Shown here piece after piece: positions 20,983 to 31,362 of a stretch of DNA of 64,000 nt; the first letter of the stretch is position 1; each line of letters begins with the position of its first letter. Both the position numbers and the translations under genes were made by a program. The DNA comes from Promethearchaeota archaeon. GTDB lineage: Archaea > Asgardarchaeota > Lokiarchaeia > Sigyniarchaeales > SOKP01. Below the pieces are notes generated by a model that was not told the DNA's origin, made no database searches, and was given only the letters and a program-made list of their open reading frames with translations. Location of the stretch: positions 1-64,000 of the forward strand of contig JBHLLT010000011.1 of NCBI GenBank assembly GCA_048938855.1. Reading direction: 5' to 3'.

Positions 20983-21286
20983 AAAATTCAGTCATTTATG
21001 TTTAATTTATTAAATATTTTTTTTATACTCCATAATTTCCATTGGAATTTTATTAAAAAATTTAGCTGTGAAAATTTAGAATGTGAGTATATTTACTTTT
21101 TAATAAAATTATTTAAATAATATTAATAAATAATTTACTGGGCTCTATTCTAAAATATATTAATTAATTTATTTTTACTATTCAAAAATTGAATTTACAG
21201 TGGAAGAATAGGACCATATATTGTTATTAGTAATATATTAATATATTATTAATAAGTGCTGAAAAAGAAGTTAAAAGAAAAAAAAT

Positions 21287-21541
21287 TTAATCCTTAAATT
21301 TCCAAAAAATGAGAGGGCGCCCTCTTTTTCCGTCATTACGTGAATATTTTTCAATTAATTTTCTTTTCTGAAGTTTTACTAAATTATCATATATGGTTGT
21401 TCTTGGAATTTTTAACTCTTTAACTAACTCCCTCCTTGTTAAAGGACCCTCATCTTTTAAAGTTTTGATCAAATTAAACTGAATAGGCGATAAGAAATCG
21501 TTTGATTCAGGATAATTTTCTGTTGAAGTTTTATTAGCCAT
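21287..21541 (-). CDS. TrmB-like winged HTH regulator
   Basis: LKIPRTTIYDNL..L...GRP. Confidence 0.8.
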   Translation of the reverse strand: MANKTSTENYPESNDFLSPIQFNLIKTLKDEGPLTRRELVKELKIPRTTIYDNLVKLQKRKLIEKYSRNDGKRGRPLIFWKFKD

Positions 21542-21747
21542 TTTTTATTCCTCCACTTTTAAAATAGATTTTAAAACGACAATTTAACGACTTTTTAATT
21601 TTTCGAGTGAAAAATTTTATTCTTATAATCTAGTAAATTCAAATTAATATATAAATGATGCTTATTTATGCATTATTATCATCAATTAGCATAAGATTTA
21701 AAAAGGAATATTATCGTATTCATATTGTACAAATTTTCATTAATACA

Positions 21748-22116
21748 ATGACTGAGACAACAAGAACAACGGTAACAATAAATAAAAGTTATATGAAATT
21801 AGTTGAAGAATTAGTTGATGTATTTGGATCTACAAGAGCCCAAGTTATCAATAACATCGTAGAATATTTCTTTAATGATAGCAATAATGATGCGCTCCTG
21901 GAAAAATTAAGGACAAGAAAAAAACAAGAAATTCTTCCTGATAAAGAAGATCTTGATAGAAAAATTAAAAAGTACCTACTACGAGCTGATAAAATTCCAT
22001 TCAATGTTTTCATCGATCATTTAAATTTAGATAAGGAATTTGTAATAAAAAACTTAGATAAGTGGGGAGAAAAATATAATTTTAGCCTTCTAGATAATAA
22101 AATAGTTAAAGAATAG
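21748..22116 (+). CDS. ribbon-helix-helix-like DNA-binding protein
   Basis: Probable start at ATG 21748 (MTETTRTTVTINK...FGSTRAQVI); RHH-like beta strand plus two helices. Confidence 0.6.
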   Translation: MTETTRTTVTINKSYMKLVEELVDVFGSTRAQVINNIVEYFFNDSNNDALLEKLRTRKKQEILPDKEDLDRKIKKYLLRADKIPFNVFIDHLNLDKEFVIKNLDKWGEKYNFSLLDNKIVKE

Positions 22117-22151
22117 CCATTTTTAATAAACATTTTAAAGAAATTTTGAAT

Positions 22152-22352
22152 TCAACCAAATAAGTTGAAAAAATCATTTGATAATCCTACTGTCCAATCT
22201 AGTAATGAAGTTACAACACCCACAATAATAAAAAAAATAAATAATGCAAAACCGACTAATAAAGCGTATTCGATAAGATTCCCACCATACTCATTTGTAA
22301 AAAATTCCTTTGTTTTAGAGAAAAATTTCTTAACATAACTTTTAGTATTCAT
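22152..22352 (-). CDS. Flp/Fap-type pilin
   Basis: FFTNEYG|GNLIEYALL followed by a hydrophobic helix matches the Flp motif G-x4-EY; 66 aa. Confidence 0.8.
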   Translation of the reverse strand: MNTKSYVKKFFSKTKEFFTNEYGGNLIEYALLVGFALFIFFIIVGVVTSLLDWTVGLSNDFFNLFG

Positions 22353-22424
22353 TTCAAACCTAATTTTTCACATATTTTTATAAACTCAACGAAATTAAAA
22401 TCAAATTAGAATTGAAAAAATGCT

Positions 22425-22838
22425 TCAACTTTTTAAGATATTTAAAATTTCCTCAAGCATATCTTCAGACGCTTGAGTCCTAGGAATCTCAATATGAAAC
22501 TTTTTATCATCAAAACTTCTAGGTATAATATGAACATGAAAATGTTTAATTACTTGACCAGCTGCTGCAAAATTATTTTGCAGAATATTATATCCATCAA
22601 CTTTTAAATTTCGATGAATTTTTACTGCTAATAGCTTTACTACCTTAAAAATCTCACTAAGATCATGATCGGGAATATCTTCTATATTTGAATAGTGGTT
22701 TTTAGGAATAATTATAGTATGACCGTTAGATATAGGAGAAATATCTAAAAAAGCAAGAGTAAAGTCATTTTCAAATAAAACTTTTGAAGGGATATCGTAA
22801 TTTGCTATTTTACAAAAGATACAATCTTTTTGTTTCAT
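22425..22838 (-). CDS. HIT family hydrolase
   Basis: DCIFCKI, GHTIIIPK, AGQVIKHFHVHIIPR. Confidence 0.95.
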   Translation of the reverse strand: MKQKDCIFCKIANYDIPSKVLFENDFTLAFLDISPISNGHTIIIPKNHYSNIEDIPDHDLSEIFKVVKLLAVKIHRNLKVDGYNILQNNFAAAGQVIKHFHVHIIPRSFDDKKFHIEIPRTQASEDMLEEILNILKS

Positions 22839-22969
22839 AATTTTTAATCCATTTTTTAGTTGAAGTTATAGTTTGCTTAATTTATATATTTAAATTTAAA
22901 ATTAAAAAATCTTTACTCAGTTTTATCATATTAAAACAATCAAATTTTTCCTATTTGCACTTGAACTGA

Positions 22970-23794
22970 GTGATTATCATGCAGTTTCAGGAACTTAAAA
23001 ACCTATTAACAAAAAGATTATCTCCAAAGGACTTTAAGCTTGATTCAGAGATTTATGGAGTACATTTCGGTAAAATTAAAAACAATCAGATTATAAAAAA
23101 AGTCATGTTAACAATAGATTTGAGTCTAGAAGCAATTCATTTTGCTTTAAAGAATAAATTCAGCTTTATAATATCTCATCATAGCTTGATCAACGAAGCA
23201 ATAAAAAATTTTGACCTATTTATAATAGATAAATTAACATTGCTTTCTAAATACCCAATATCAATATTTGTATTAAATTCCTCGTTTATAGCTGCAGAGG
23301 GAGGGATTTCAGATACTTTAGTTAATATTCTTTATTTAAAATTGGAAAATGTATTTGAAATTAAAAATAAAGATGGAAGAAAGATCCCTATCGGTAGAAT
23401 TTGTTCAATATTAAATTATCCAAATGAAAAAACACCGATTACGTTAGAAGATTTAATTCAAAGAATTAAGAGAAACCTAGGTCTAAGTTCAGTGCCATTT
23501 GTAGGTGAACTTAGAGGAGTCATAAAAAAAATTTGTATTATGGGAGGAAGTATATCAAACACCAAACTTATAAAAAAAGCAATAAATTATGGATGTGATT
23601 GTTATATTTCAGGTAAACTTAATTACTTTGAAGCTCTTTATGCAAGAGATGTAGGTTTAAACCTTATTGAAATATCCCCTTATAAAAATGAAATTATAGC
23701 AATGAAAAAACTATGTCATATCTTAAGTTTAGAATTTCCACATGTTGAATTTGAATTATTTGAATCTAAAAACCCTATAAAGACCTATATCTAA
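22970..23794 (+). CDS. Nif3-like (DUF34) protein with degenerate metal ligands
   Basis: MLTIDL, IISHHSL, PIGRI, DCYISG. Confidence 0.8.
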   Translation: MIIMQFQELKNLLTKRLSPKDFKLDSEIYGVHFGKIKNNQIIKKVMLTIDLSLEAIHFALKNKFSFIISHHSLINEAIKNFDLFIIDKLTLLSKYPISIFVLNSSFIAAEGGISDTLVNILYLKLENVFEIKNKDGRKIPIGRICSILNYPNEKTPITLEDLIQRIKRNLGLSSVPFVGELRGVIKKICIMGGSISNTKLIKKAINYGCDCYISGKLNYFEALYARDVGLNLIEISPYKNEIIAMKKLCHILSLEFPHVEFELFESKNPIKTYI

Positions 23795-23890
23795 ATAGAT
23801 TAAATAAAAATTTAAATTTCTTGAGAAATAAATTGAATTTAAATATTAGCATTTATACCTTATTTTTATAATTAATATAGTGAAGATTTT

Positions 23891-24472
23891 ATGCCGATAA
23901 TAGAATATAATGGAAAAAAACCAAATATTAGCCCAAATAGTTATGTATCCCCAATGTCAACTCTTATAGGGGATGTGAGTGTCAACGACAATGTCATAAT
24001 TTGGCCCGGATCAATTATTCGCGCAGAGAATTCTCCAATTAATATAGGGGAATATACAACTATCTTTGACGGTGTAATGATGTTCACACGGTCTCAGAAA
24101 AGTTCAATAAATATAGGAAGATATTGCATAATTGAATCAGGAGTTACACTTTTAGGGTGCTTCTTAGAAGATTATGTACAAATTAAAGAAGGAACATTAA
24201 TATACGACGAAGCATCAATTGGAGAGGGTGTAATTATTCTAAATCAAAGTCAAGTCCCACCTGGCTTAACTATTCCTGCCCGAGCAGTAATGAGGGGAAT
24301 TCCTGTTGAACCAGTAAGAGAACAAACTCGTAATGATGTACTGAAACAAAAAGAAAAAGCTGAAAACTATTCTCACTTATTTATAAAAATCAAGGATCTC
24401 TTACCAAATGCTCAAAGTTATCTATTAACTTTACCGGATTTTATAAAAATAATGTTAAAAAAAGAAGAATAA
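23891..24472 (+). CDS. gamma-carbonic-anhydrase-like hexapeptide-repeat protein
   Basis: LIGDVSV..IWPGSIIRAE..INIG left-handed beta-helix, GIP C-terminal motif. Confidence 0.85.
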   Translation: MPIIEYNGKKPNISPNSYVSPMSTLIGDVSVNDNVIIWPGSIIRAENSPINIGEYTTIFDGVMMFTRSQKSSINIGRYCIIESGVTLLGCFLEDYVQIKEGTLIYDEASIGEGVIILNQSQVPPGLTIPARAVMRGIPVEPVREQTRNDVLKQKEKAENYSHLFIKIKDLLPNAQSYLLTLPDFIKIMLKKEE

Positions 24473-24487
24473 AAAACTAAGATTATT

Positions 24488-25375
24488 TTAAACCATTAAA
24501 TTTAACATTTTTACGAGTTCTTTATATCTTGAGCGAAGAGTAACTTCTGTAACTCCTACCAGGTTTGCAATATCTTTCTGGGAAACCTTCTTGTCTTTCT
24601 TTTTACATACTAAATATAGTGCTCCTGCACATAATCCTTTTGGATCCTTTCCACTTGTAGAAAATTTAGATGTAAAGCTTTGTAAAATCTTTATAGTTGC
24701 ATTTTCTGCGTCAGCATCTAATTCTAATTCTGCTATAAATCTAGGGATAAGAGAAATAGGATCTGTCGAAGGAGCTTTTAAATTTAGCTCTCTAATCAAA
24801 GTTCTATAACATCTTCTAACATTTTTAGCACTAATTGAGGTTTGTTCTAAGATTTCTTGTAATGTACGAGGAATTTTTCTCTCTCTACAAGCAAAGTATA
24901 AACATGCAGCAACCATTCCATTAATAGATCTCCCTCGTAGAAGTTTCTTTTTAAAGGCTTCGATGTATAACCTTATTGCTGCTTTTTTTACATGATTCGG
25001 TAAATTAAGATTACTTCCAATCCTCTTTAACTCAGTTGTGGCAATTAACATATTCCTTTTATCCCAAGTCATACGAGAATTCCATTTAGCAGCTCTTTTC
25101 AAATCGGGGCTTTTAATATTCGCTTTATCTATTATTGTACTTAACCCCATATCAGGCAATAAAATCGAAATCGGAGATCCTGTTCTTTCTCTACTTTCCT
25201 TCTCCTGTTTTGTAAAAGCTCTTTTCCCACTATGAGAAATATCAACTATTCGCTCACTTATAACTAAACCACACTGTCCACAAACGCTTTCGCCCTTCTC
25301 ATGAAGTAAAATAATCTTACCACCACATTCTGGGCATAAATTTGATAAATTACTTAAATCTGATTCAACTTCCAT
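24488..25375 (-). CDS. tfb: transcription initiation factor IIB
   Basis: CPECG..CGQCGLV, RAF..RERTGSP, LRGRSI, GKDP.G, SQKDIA..VTEVTLRSRYKE. Confidence 0.97.
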   Translation of the reverse strand: MEVESDLSNLSNLCPECGGKIILLHEKGESVCGQCGLVISERIVDISHSGKRAFTKQEKESRERTGSPISILLPDMGLSTIIDKANIKSPDLKRAAKWNSRMTWDKRNMLIATTELKRIGSNLNLPNHVKKAAIRLYIEAFKKKLLRGRSINGMVAACLYFACRERKIPRTLQEILEQTSISAKNVRRCYRTLIRELNLKAPSTDPISLIPRFIAELELDADAENATIKILQSFTSKFSTSGKDPKGLCAGALYLVCKKKDKKVSQKDIANLVGVTEVTLRSRYKELVKMLNLMV

Positions 25376-25552
25376 AATATCAACCCAATTATATTTTTAA
25401 AATTACAAAAAATTCCAAATGTATTAATATTGAAATTTTCCAAGCAAATTTTAACCCGTGTACCGAATTAAATATTATTTTGAAACTGAAAATCTATACG
25501 TGACTGAAACTCTAATATATTCTTTGATGCAAATAATATAAATATAAATATA

Positions 25553-25569
25553 TTATATAAATGTTTCGC
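25553..25569 (-). promoter_or_regulatory. BRE-TATA promoter candidate for tfb
   Basis: Minus strand GCGAAACATTTATATAA, about 180 nt upstream of the tfb start. Confidence 0.5.
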
Positions 25570-25624
25570 TCAGAATTTGACTGTATTCCTAATTTGTAAC
25601 ACATTTTTTGGAATAATTATATAA

Positions 25625-26269
25625 TCATAGGAAAAATGGAAGGCCTGTATTAAATCCAAATAATATACCATCTATAACACCATTAATTAACCACATGAAT
25701 GTTTTTCTTGGATTATTAATTAATCGATTGTTATTAATTAAATACCATAAACTTATTAATATTGTTAATAAAGCTCCTAAAGATCCGAATGAGAAACAAT
25801 AGTAAATCGTTATTTCATGAGGAAATTGAGAAGTACTAATATCCATGATACCATTCAAATAATAAGGATCAATCTCACTAAATGTAAGGAAACTGAAAAT
25901 CAATCTGTCAGGTAGGGGATCTAAAATCCAAATTAAAAAATATGTAAGATAATTGAATAAAATTCCAAAAGCTAAAACAATATAAGAACATCCTAAGATC
26001 AACCTTGGCCTTATAAATTGATCGTCCTGTTTATCTTTACTAACTAACCTAGATTGTCTATAAACACCCCTTAATCTTAATAAAGTTAGAATTCCGATGG
26101 TTAAAATGATAAAAACGAAAATATACTTTAAGTATTGACATAAAATCAAAAAGAAATTGTTGAAAGCAATACAAAAATTCTCGAGTCCGGCAATTATATT
26201 CTGAAGAACATCTTCTGCAGAGAGTAAGTACTTAATGCTTTGACCATACAAAGACATAACATAATACAA
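25625..26269 (-). CDS. membrane protein
   Basis: Several TM segments. Confidence 0.7.
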   Translation of the reverse strand: MYYVMSLYGQSIKYLLSAEDVLQNIIAGLENFCIAFNNFFLILCQYLKYIFVFIILTIGILTLLRLRGVYRQSRLVSKDKQDDQFIRPRLILGCSYIVLAFGILFNYLTYFLIWILDPLPDRLIFSFLTFSEIDPYYLNGIMDISTSQFPHEITIYYCFSFGSLGALLTILISLWYLINNNRLINNPRKTFMWLINGVIDGILFGFNTGLPFFL

Positions 26270-26312
26270 TTTAATATTACGTATTTAAAGTCTACAAAAT
26301 CTTTACTTTAAA

Positions 26313-26744
26313 CTATGTTATTTTTTCACACTCTTCATTAATTACTTTCATTGTAGCATTAAAATCCTGCCACCAGTCTTGCCCTTGCTGTGAAACTAAC
26401 ATCGGATCTATTTTCCTAGAATCCAAACATCTAATTTCTTCTTTTTGGGCTTTAATTTTGCCTTTCCATATTTGAGAAATTATATTTTGTAAATTAATTT
26501 TAACCATTTTAATAAGTTCCTCGTATGGTACTGAGACATCTTCAGTCTTCTGTAATCTTTGTAGTTGGTCAAACTTTACTTTTTCCTTTGCCCTATTTAA
26601 ATCACTACAACTTATTTTTATGGAAAAAGGTTCATCCTTACCAAATTTACAATATTTTTGAATTTCACATAAAGAACAATAACTTTCAAAACTTATCGTA
26701 TAATCTTCTAAACCGACTATTGAATAATTTAAAATTTTTGGCAT
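26313..26744 (-). CDS. hypothetical Cys-rich protein
   Basis: CSLC...C...C motif; 143 aa. Confidence 0.7.
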   Translation of the reverse strand: MPKILNYSIVGLEDYTISFESYCSLCEIQKYCKFGKDEPFSIKISCSDLNRAKEKVKFDQLQRLQKTEDVSVPYEELIKMVKINLQNIISQIWKGKIKAQKEEIRCLDSRKIDPMLVSQQGQDWWQDFNATMKVINEECEKIT

Positions 26745-26881
26745 TGCTGATTAATATAAAATACAACCTTTTATCTATTATATTTTAGGTCAAAAAATTT
26801 TTTAAATACGATTTATTAAAATTATACATCAAAAAGCGTTTTTTAAAACTTAAATTTTCATAATTTAAGCATTCCCATTCT

Positions 26882-26955
26882 GGGAGAGTGGCTTAGCTTG
26901 GTATAGCGCACGGCTGATAACCGTGAGGTCGGGGGTTCGAAGCCCCCCTTTCCCA
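26882..26955 (+). tRNA. tRNA-Ile(GAU)
   Basis: GGGAGAG/CTTTCCC acceptor stem, CACGG-CT GAT AA-CCGTG, GGGGG TTCGAAG CCCCC. Confidence 0.97.
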
Positions 26956-27030
26956 TTATTTTTACCTTGAATTAATTTCAAGATTATTCATTTATTTTTT
27001 TAATTATCTTACTCTATTATAAACTTAGAA

Positions 27031-27624
27031 ATGAAAAATATTATAATTTCCGGAACACCAGGATGCGGAAAAACATCAGTAGCAAAAGAAATAATTAATT
27101 TACTACCAGCAAAAATGATCTCACTGAATGATTTAGCAATCTCTGATGATTTTTCCTTTGAATATGATGAAGAAAGGAAAACCTACTTAGTCGATTTTGA
27201 AGTATTTTTACCTTATGTGCTGAAAAAGATTGATGAGATTAAATACACTAAATCAAAATATCTAGTAATTGAAGGACATTTCTCTGACATTATTCCAGAT
27301 AATTTTATTGATTATGCGTTCATTTTAAGATGTGATCCGGATGTATTATATACTAGATTAGAACAAAAAAATTACTCTCAAGCAAAAATTATTGAAAATA
27401 TTCAAGCAGAAATTTTAGGTAATTGTGTAAATTATTTTATACAAAAAAAAGCAGCATTTCCACTTTTTGAAATTAATACAGCGAATCTAAGTATTAATTC
27501 AATCGCAATGATTATTGTTGATATTATACTGGGAAATAAAGACGGAACTCAATATGAAATCGGGAAAATAGATTGGTTAGAAAAATTGTTTCAAGAAAAT
27601 AGATTAGAAGAATTTTTTGACTAA
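27031..27624 (+). CDS. atypical adenylate kinase (AK6/Fap7/hCINAP family)
   Basis: ISGTPGCGKT, IEGH, LRCDP..L..RL..K.Y...KI.EN..AEI. Confidence 0.92.
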   Translation: MKNIIISGTPGCGKTSVAKEIINLLPAKMISLNDLAISDDFSFEYDEERKTYLVDFEVFLPYVLKKIDEIKYTKSKYLVIEGHFSDIIPDNFIDYAFILRCDPDVLYTRLEQKNYSQAKIIENIQAEILGNCVNYFIQKKAAFPLFEINTANLSINSIAMIIVDIILGNKDGTQYEIGKIDWLEKLFQENRLEEFFD

Positions 27625-27642
27625 ACATTAAATACAAAAAAA

Positions 27643-29298
27643 GTGATTAATATGAAATGGGAGATCTCTGATTTTGATGCTTTAGGAAGAATTGGAAAAT
27701 TAAATATAAATAAAAAGCATATGATAACTCCCAATCTGTTTCCTGTGGTTCATCCTTATAAAAATACTATTTCACCTTTAGATTTACAGAAAATCGGAGC
27801 TCAATGTGTCTTTACTAATGCTTATATAATATATCAGAAGACTCAAATCCGAGATGATGTATTAAGAAAAGGGTTACACTCACATTTAAATTTTGATGGA
27901 ATAATAGCTACAGATAGTGGTGCCTTTCAAAAATATATGTACAATAAAGACAAGCTAGATATTCGAGCCTCAGATATCGAAAAGTTTCAAGAGGATATTG
28001 GTACCGATTTTGCGGTGATCCTCGATGAACCTGTCCAACCTGATGATGAGTATAATATCGCTAAAAAAAAAGTGGAGATAACAATTGAAAGAGCACGGGA
28101 TAATATTTCTCGAAGATCCAAGGAAAGTTGCTATTGGTTTGGCCCAATTCACGGAGCGAAATATGAAGATTTATTAAAAGCAAGTACAATTGAAATGAAT
28201 AAACTAGATTTTGGAGTTTATGCGATAGGAGGTTTGGTTAAATCTTTTTTAGACTATAGATTTGATTTAGTTGTAAAAATTCTTCTAAATGTTAAAAAAA
28301 ATTTAGTTTGGAATAAACCTGTACATTTATTTGGATTAGGCTTACCTCAATTTTTTTCATTAGCAGTTGCATGTGGTTGCGACCTAATGGATTCCGCTGC
28401 ATACATATTGTTTGCTAAAGAAAATAGATATTTCACGTTGTCTACAGGGACAAGGAAATTGGAGGAACTAGAAGAATTTCCATGTCATTGCCCCATATGT
28501 TGTGAATATAATCCTAAAGAAGTGTTGAAATTCGATGAAAACTTTCGAACTGAACTAATTGCAAAGCATAATTTACATGTATCTTTTTCAGAATTAAGAA
28601 CAATAAGACAAGCTATTAAAGAAGGTAATTTATGGGAGTTGGTAGAACAACGAATTCGAAATCATCCCTCTTTAGTAAAAGCTTCAAAATTAATTAGATC
28701 TTATTTACCATTATTCGAAAAGCACGAGAAGCTGTATAAGACTCATGGTAGGCTCTATTCTTCTCCGGAAAGTGTAGAAAGACCTCTGATTTACCGTTAT
28801 GGATCCAAATTAAAAAATAATTATAGAGTTCCGGAAAATGTAAACTTTTTAATCATTCTACCTGAATTGGATATAAAAGGTGAAAAATCTCCAAGTATTA
28901 AATATTGGTTAGAACAAATTGATAACAACACAATAATCCCCAGAAATCTACTTCATGTGGGGTTTTTCTCTGATATTTATGGAATTATACCTTTAGAACT
29001 TAGTAGATCTTTTCCTATGGGACAATATGAATCAATAGATCTAATAACAGAAAATGAGACAATGATCAGGAATTTTGAGCAAAAAATTGAGCTTTTTTTC
29101 GAGTATTACTCTCCATTTTATTCAAAATGTGGGATATTAATTCCTGAAGAAGTTACTAATCAATTCAATGAAACTGTCCAATTCTCTAAAAAAAATATTA
29201 TATCTAAGCTAGTCAAGAAATTAAAATCTAATTATAAACTAGAGATTGCTACATTCAAGGAAATTAGTGCCTTAATTAACTTTTTTAAAAGTGATTGA
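27643..29298 (+). CDS. tgtA: archaeosine tRNA-guanine(15) transglycosylase
   Basis: TPNLFPV, TNAYII, TDSGAFQ, HLFGLG, DLMDSAAY, CHCPIC Zn site. Confidence 0.93.
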   Translation: MINMKWEISDFDALGRIGKLNINKKHMITPNLFPVVHPYKNTISPLDLQKIGAQCVFTNAYIIYQKTQIRDDVLRKGLHSHLNFDGIIATDSGAFQKYMYNKDKLDIRASDIEKFQEDIGTDFAVILDEPVQPDDEYNIAKKKVEITIERARDNISRRSKESCYWFGPIHGAKYEDLLKASTIEMNKLDFGVYAIGGLVKSFLDYRFDLVVKILLNVKKNLVWNKPVHLFGLGLPQFFSLAVACGCDLMDSAAYILFAKENRYFTLSTGTRKLEELEEFPCHCPICCEYNPKEVLKFDENFRTELIAKHNLHVSFSELRTIRQAIKEGNLWELVEQRIRNHPSLVKASKLIRSYLPLFEKHEKLYKTHGRLYSSPESVERPLIYRYGSKLKNNYRVPENVNFLIILPELDIKGEKSPSIKYWLEQIDNNTIIPRNLLHVGFFSDIYGIIPLELSRSFPMGQYESIDLITENETMIRNFEQKIELFFEYYSPFYSKCGILIPEEVTNQFNETVQFSKKNIISKLVKKLKSNYKLEIATFKEISALINFFKSD

Positions 29299-29736
29299 AT
29301 GACTATTTTAGACAAAATTGAGGCTTTTGGCCATGAAAATATATTAAGTACTCATAAAACTACAATTGAAATTACCAAAGTTAGTACTTTAACAAAAAAA
29401 GGAAATTGTATAGTAGGGATTAATGCTACAAAAGCTTGCTACGACCTTAGTTCCACTCTAAAAGATAAAATTGCGAAAGGAAGAAAAATAAAAGTTACTC
29501 TAAAAGTAGATGATATTCAAGATTCCTTCTATGGTTTTGGAAATAAAGAATTAAGATTATTAGATAAAGATGATATTGTCTTTCGTAAAAGTAGTTATAA
29601 ATCAGACAGGACCATCCTAATTAATTGCACAAAATCATCCAACGAGATAAGTCGGGAATTAGTAGAAAGATTAAAAGTTCCGAGAAAAAAATTATCAATT
29701 ATATTTGAAATAAATGAGACTGATGAAGATCAATAA
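29299..29736 (+). CDS. DUF371 family protein
   Basis: GHENILSTHKTTIEITK..GNCIVGI...FRKS. Confidence 0.9.
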   Translation: MTILDKIEAFGHENILSTHKTTIEITKVSTLTKKGNCIVGINATKACYDLSSTLKDKIAKGRKIKVTLKVDDIQDSFYGFGNKELRLLDKDDIVFRKSSYKSDRTILINCTKSSNEISRELVERLKVPRKKLSIIFEINETDEDQ

Positions 29737-30874
29737 AAACCAAGATATTACTTATATTAAATTGAATAAGAAAGATGGACAACAATTCATTGATATTATA
29801 AAAAATAACTTTAAAAACACACAAACCATTAATCATAGGTTTAAAACTTTATATGAAAATGATTATGTATTATATCCCTTAATATCTAACCAAGAACTAA
29901 TTGATAGAATGAAAAATGTTGTAGGTATTAAAATTAATTATGAATTTATATCTAAAATAGGAATCCCTAATGAAAATTATAAATATAAAACACTTCAAGA
30001 AGCTCTAGAAGATAATATCTCTAATATGTCTTTAGAATTAATTCCAAAATCATATGACATCATTGGAGATATCGCTATTATTGAATTCGATAAATTTAAA
30101 GCTCAAATGTCTAATATTGATTATTTAGATTTTAAAGATAAAATTGCTAAAGCAATAATTGACGTAAATACTAATGTTAAAGCGGTTTATGAAAAGAAAA
30201 GTGAAGTAAAAGGAAAATTTCGCTTAAGAGAATTAGCCCTTTTACATGGTGAAGATAAATCTGAAACAATTCATAAAGAAAATGACTGTACTTTCAAACT
30301 TGACATTAAAAACACTTATTTCACTCCAAGATTGGTATTTGAAAGACGTAGGGTTGCTTCCAGCGCAATTATGGAGAATGAATTGATAATAGACATGTTT
30401 GCCGGAGTTGGTCCATTCTCTATACAAATTGCTAAAAACCAAAATGTCAAAATCTATGCTTTTGATTTAAATCCCGATGCATACAGATATCTGAAAGAAA
30501 ATATTACACTAAATAAGCTTAAAGGAGAAATTTTCCCATATCATGTTGATATTAAAAACCTTCTTGAGCCTACAAATCAATTAGGTCAATCCTTAATGCA
30601 TAAAGTAGACAGACTTATAATGAATTTACCTGAGAGTTCTATTAATTTCATTGATGCCGCTTGTTTTTTAATGAAAGAGTCTGGAGGGATTTTGCATTTC
30701 TATCAATTCTCAGAAAAGCCAAATCCAATCGAAAAGACTTTGATGAAACTTGAAAATGAACTAAGAACTTATAATTGGGAAATTGAATCTATTCTTACTT
30801 CTAAGATTGTAAAGCATTACTCACCCAAATCTGAATTAGTTGTTGTAGATTTGAAAATAAAAGCTTTAAAATAA
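29714..30874 (+). CDS. trm5: tRNA (guanine37-N1) methyltransferase Trm5 family
   Basis: SYDIIGDIA, YFTPRL..ER, DMFAGVGPF, IMNLP. Confidence 0.93.
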   Translation: MRLMKINKNQDITYIKLNKKDGQQFIDIIKNNFKNTQTINHRFKTLYENDYVLYPLISNQELIDRMKNVVGIKINYEFISKIGIPNENYKYKTLQEALEDNISNMSLELIPKSYDIIGDIAIIEFDKFKAQMSNIDYLDFKDKIAKAIIDVNTNVKAVYEKKSEVKGKFRLRELALLHGEDKSETIHKENDCTFKLDIKNTYFTPRLVFERRRVASSAIMENELIIDMFAGVGPFSIQIAKNQNVKIYAFDLNPDAYRYLKENITLNKLKGEIFPYHVDIKNLLEPTNQLGQSLMHKVDRLIMNLPESSINFIDAACFLMKESGGILHFYQFSEKPNPIEKTLMKLENELRTYNWEIESILTSKIVKHYSPKSELVVVDLKIKALK

Positions 30875-30878
30875 GATG

Positions 30879-30953
30879 CGGGCCTAGCAGGATTCGAACC
30901 TGCGACTTTCGGATTAGAAGTCCGACGCCCAATCCAGGCTAGGCTATAGGCCC
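30879..30953 (-). tRNA. tRNA-Arg(UCU)
   Basis: Minus strand GGGCCTA...TCGGA-CT TCT AA-TCCGA...GCAGG TTCGAAT CCTGC TAGGCCC G. Confidence 0.97.
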
Positions 30954-31090
30954 TGTCGGTAGTAATTCAATGTCTTATACTTATAAAATTATCTAAAATG
31001 ATGTTTAAACTTTATTATAACCTCTGATAGATTTCACCCATTTTAAGCATTTATGTAGTATTTTAAATACTAAATTATAGATTATTTTTT

Positions 31091-31234
31091 ATGAATTTTC
31101 AAACCGCCATTTATATTGAATGCCCATCCTGTAAGACTCCAATACATTTGAATTCAAAATGCAATTACTGTTATGTTTGTGGTAGATTTTTTAACTCTCT
31201 TGAATATCATGATTTGAAACCTAAAATAACCTAA
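31091..31234 (+). CDS. small Zn-finger protein (47 aa), not in the ORF track
   Basis: MNFQTAIYIECPSCKTPIHLNSKCNYCYVCGRFF...; CPxC plus CxxCG. Confidence 0.55.
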   Translation: MNFQTAIYIECPSCKTPIHLNSKCNYCYVCGRFFNSLEYHDLKPKIT

Positions 31235-31362
31235 TAATTTTTTATTTTTTAAATCATACTATGAAATTATTAAAAGCAAAAGAATCTGAAATCTTATTTT
31301 AAGAAATTTTAAATCAAAATATAAAAAAATTATTTAAAACTTAAGCATTTTCCTTGATATCT

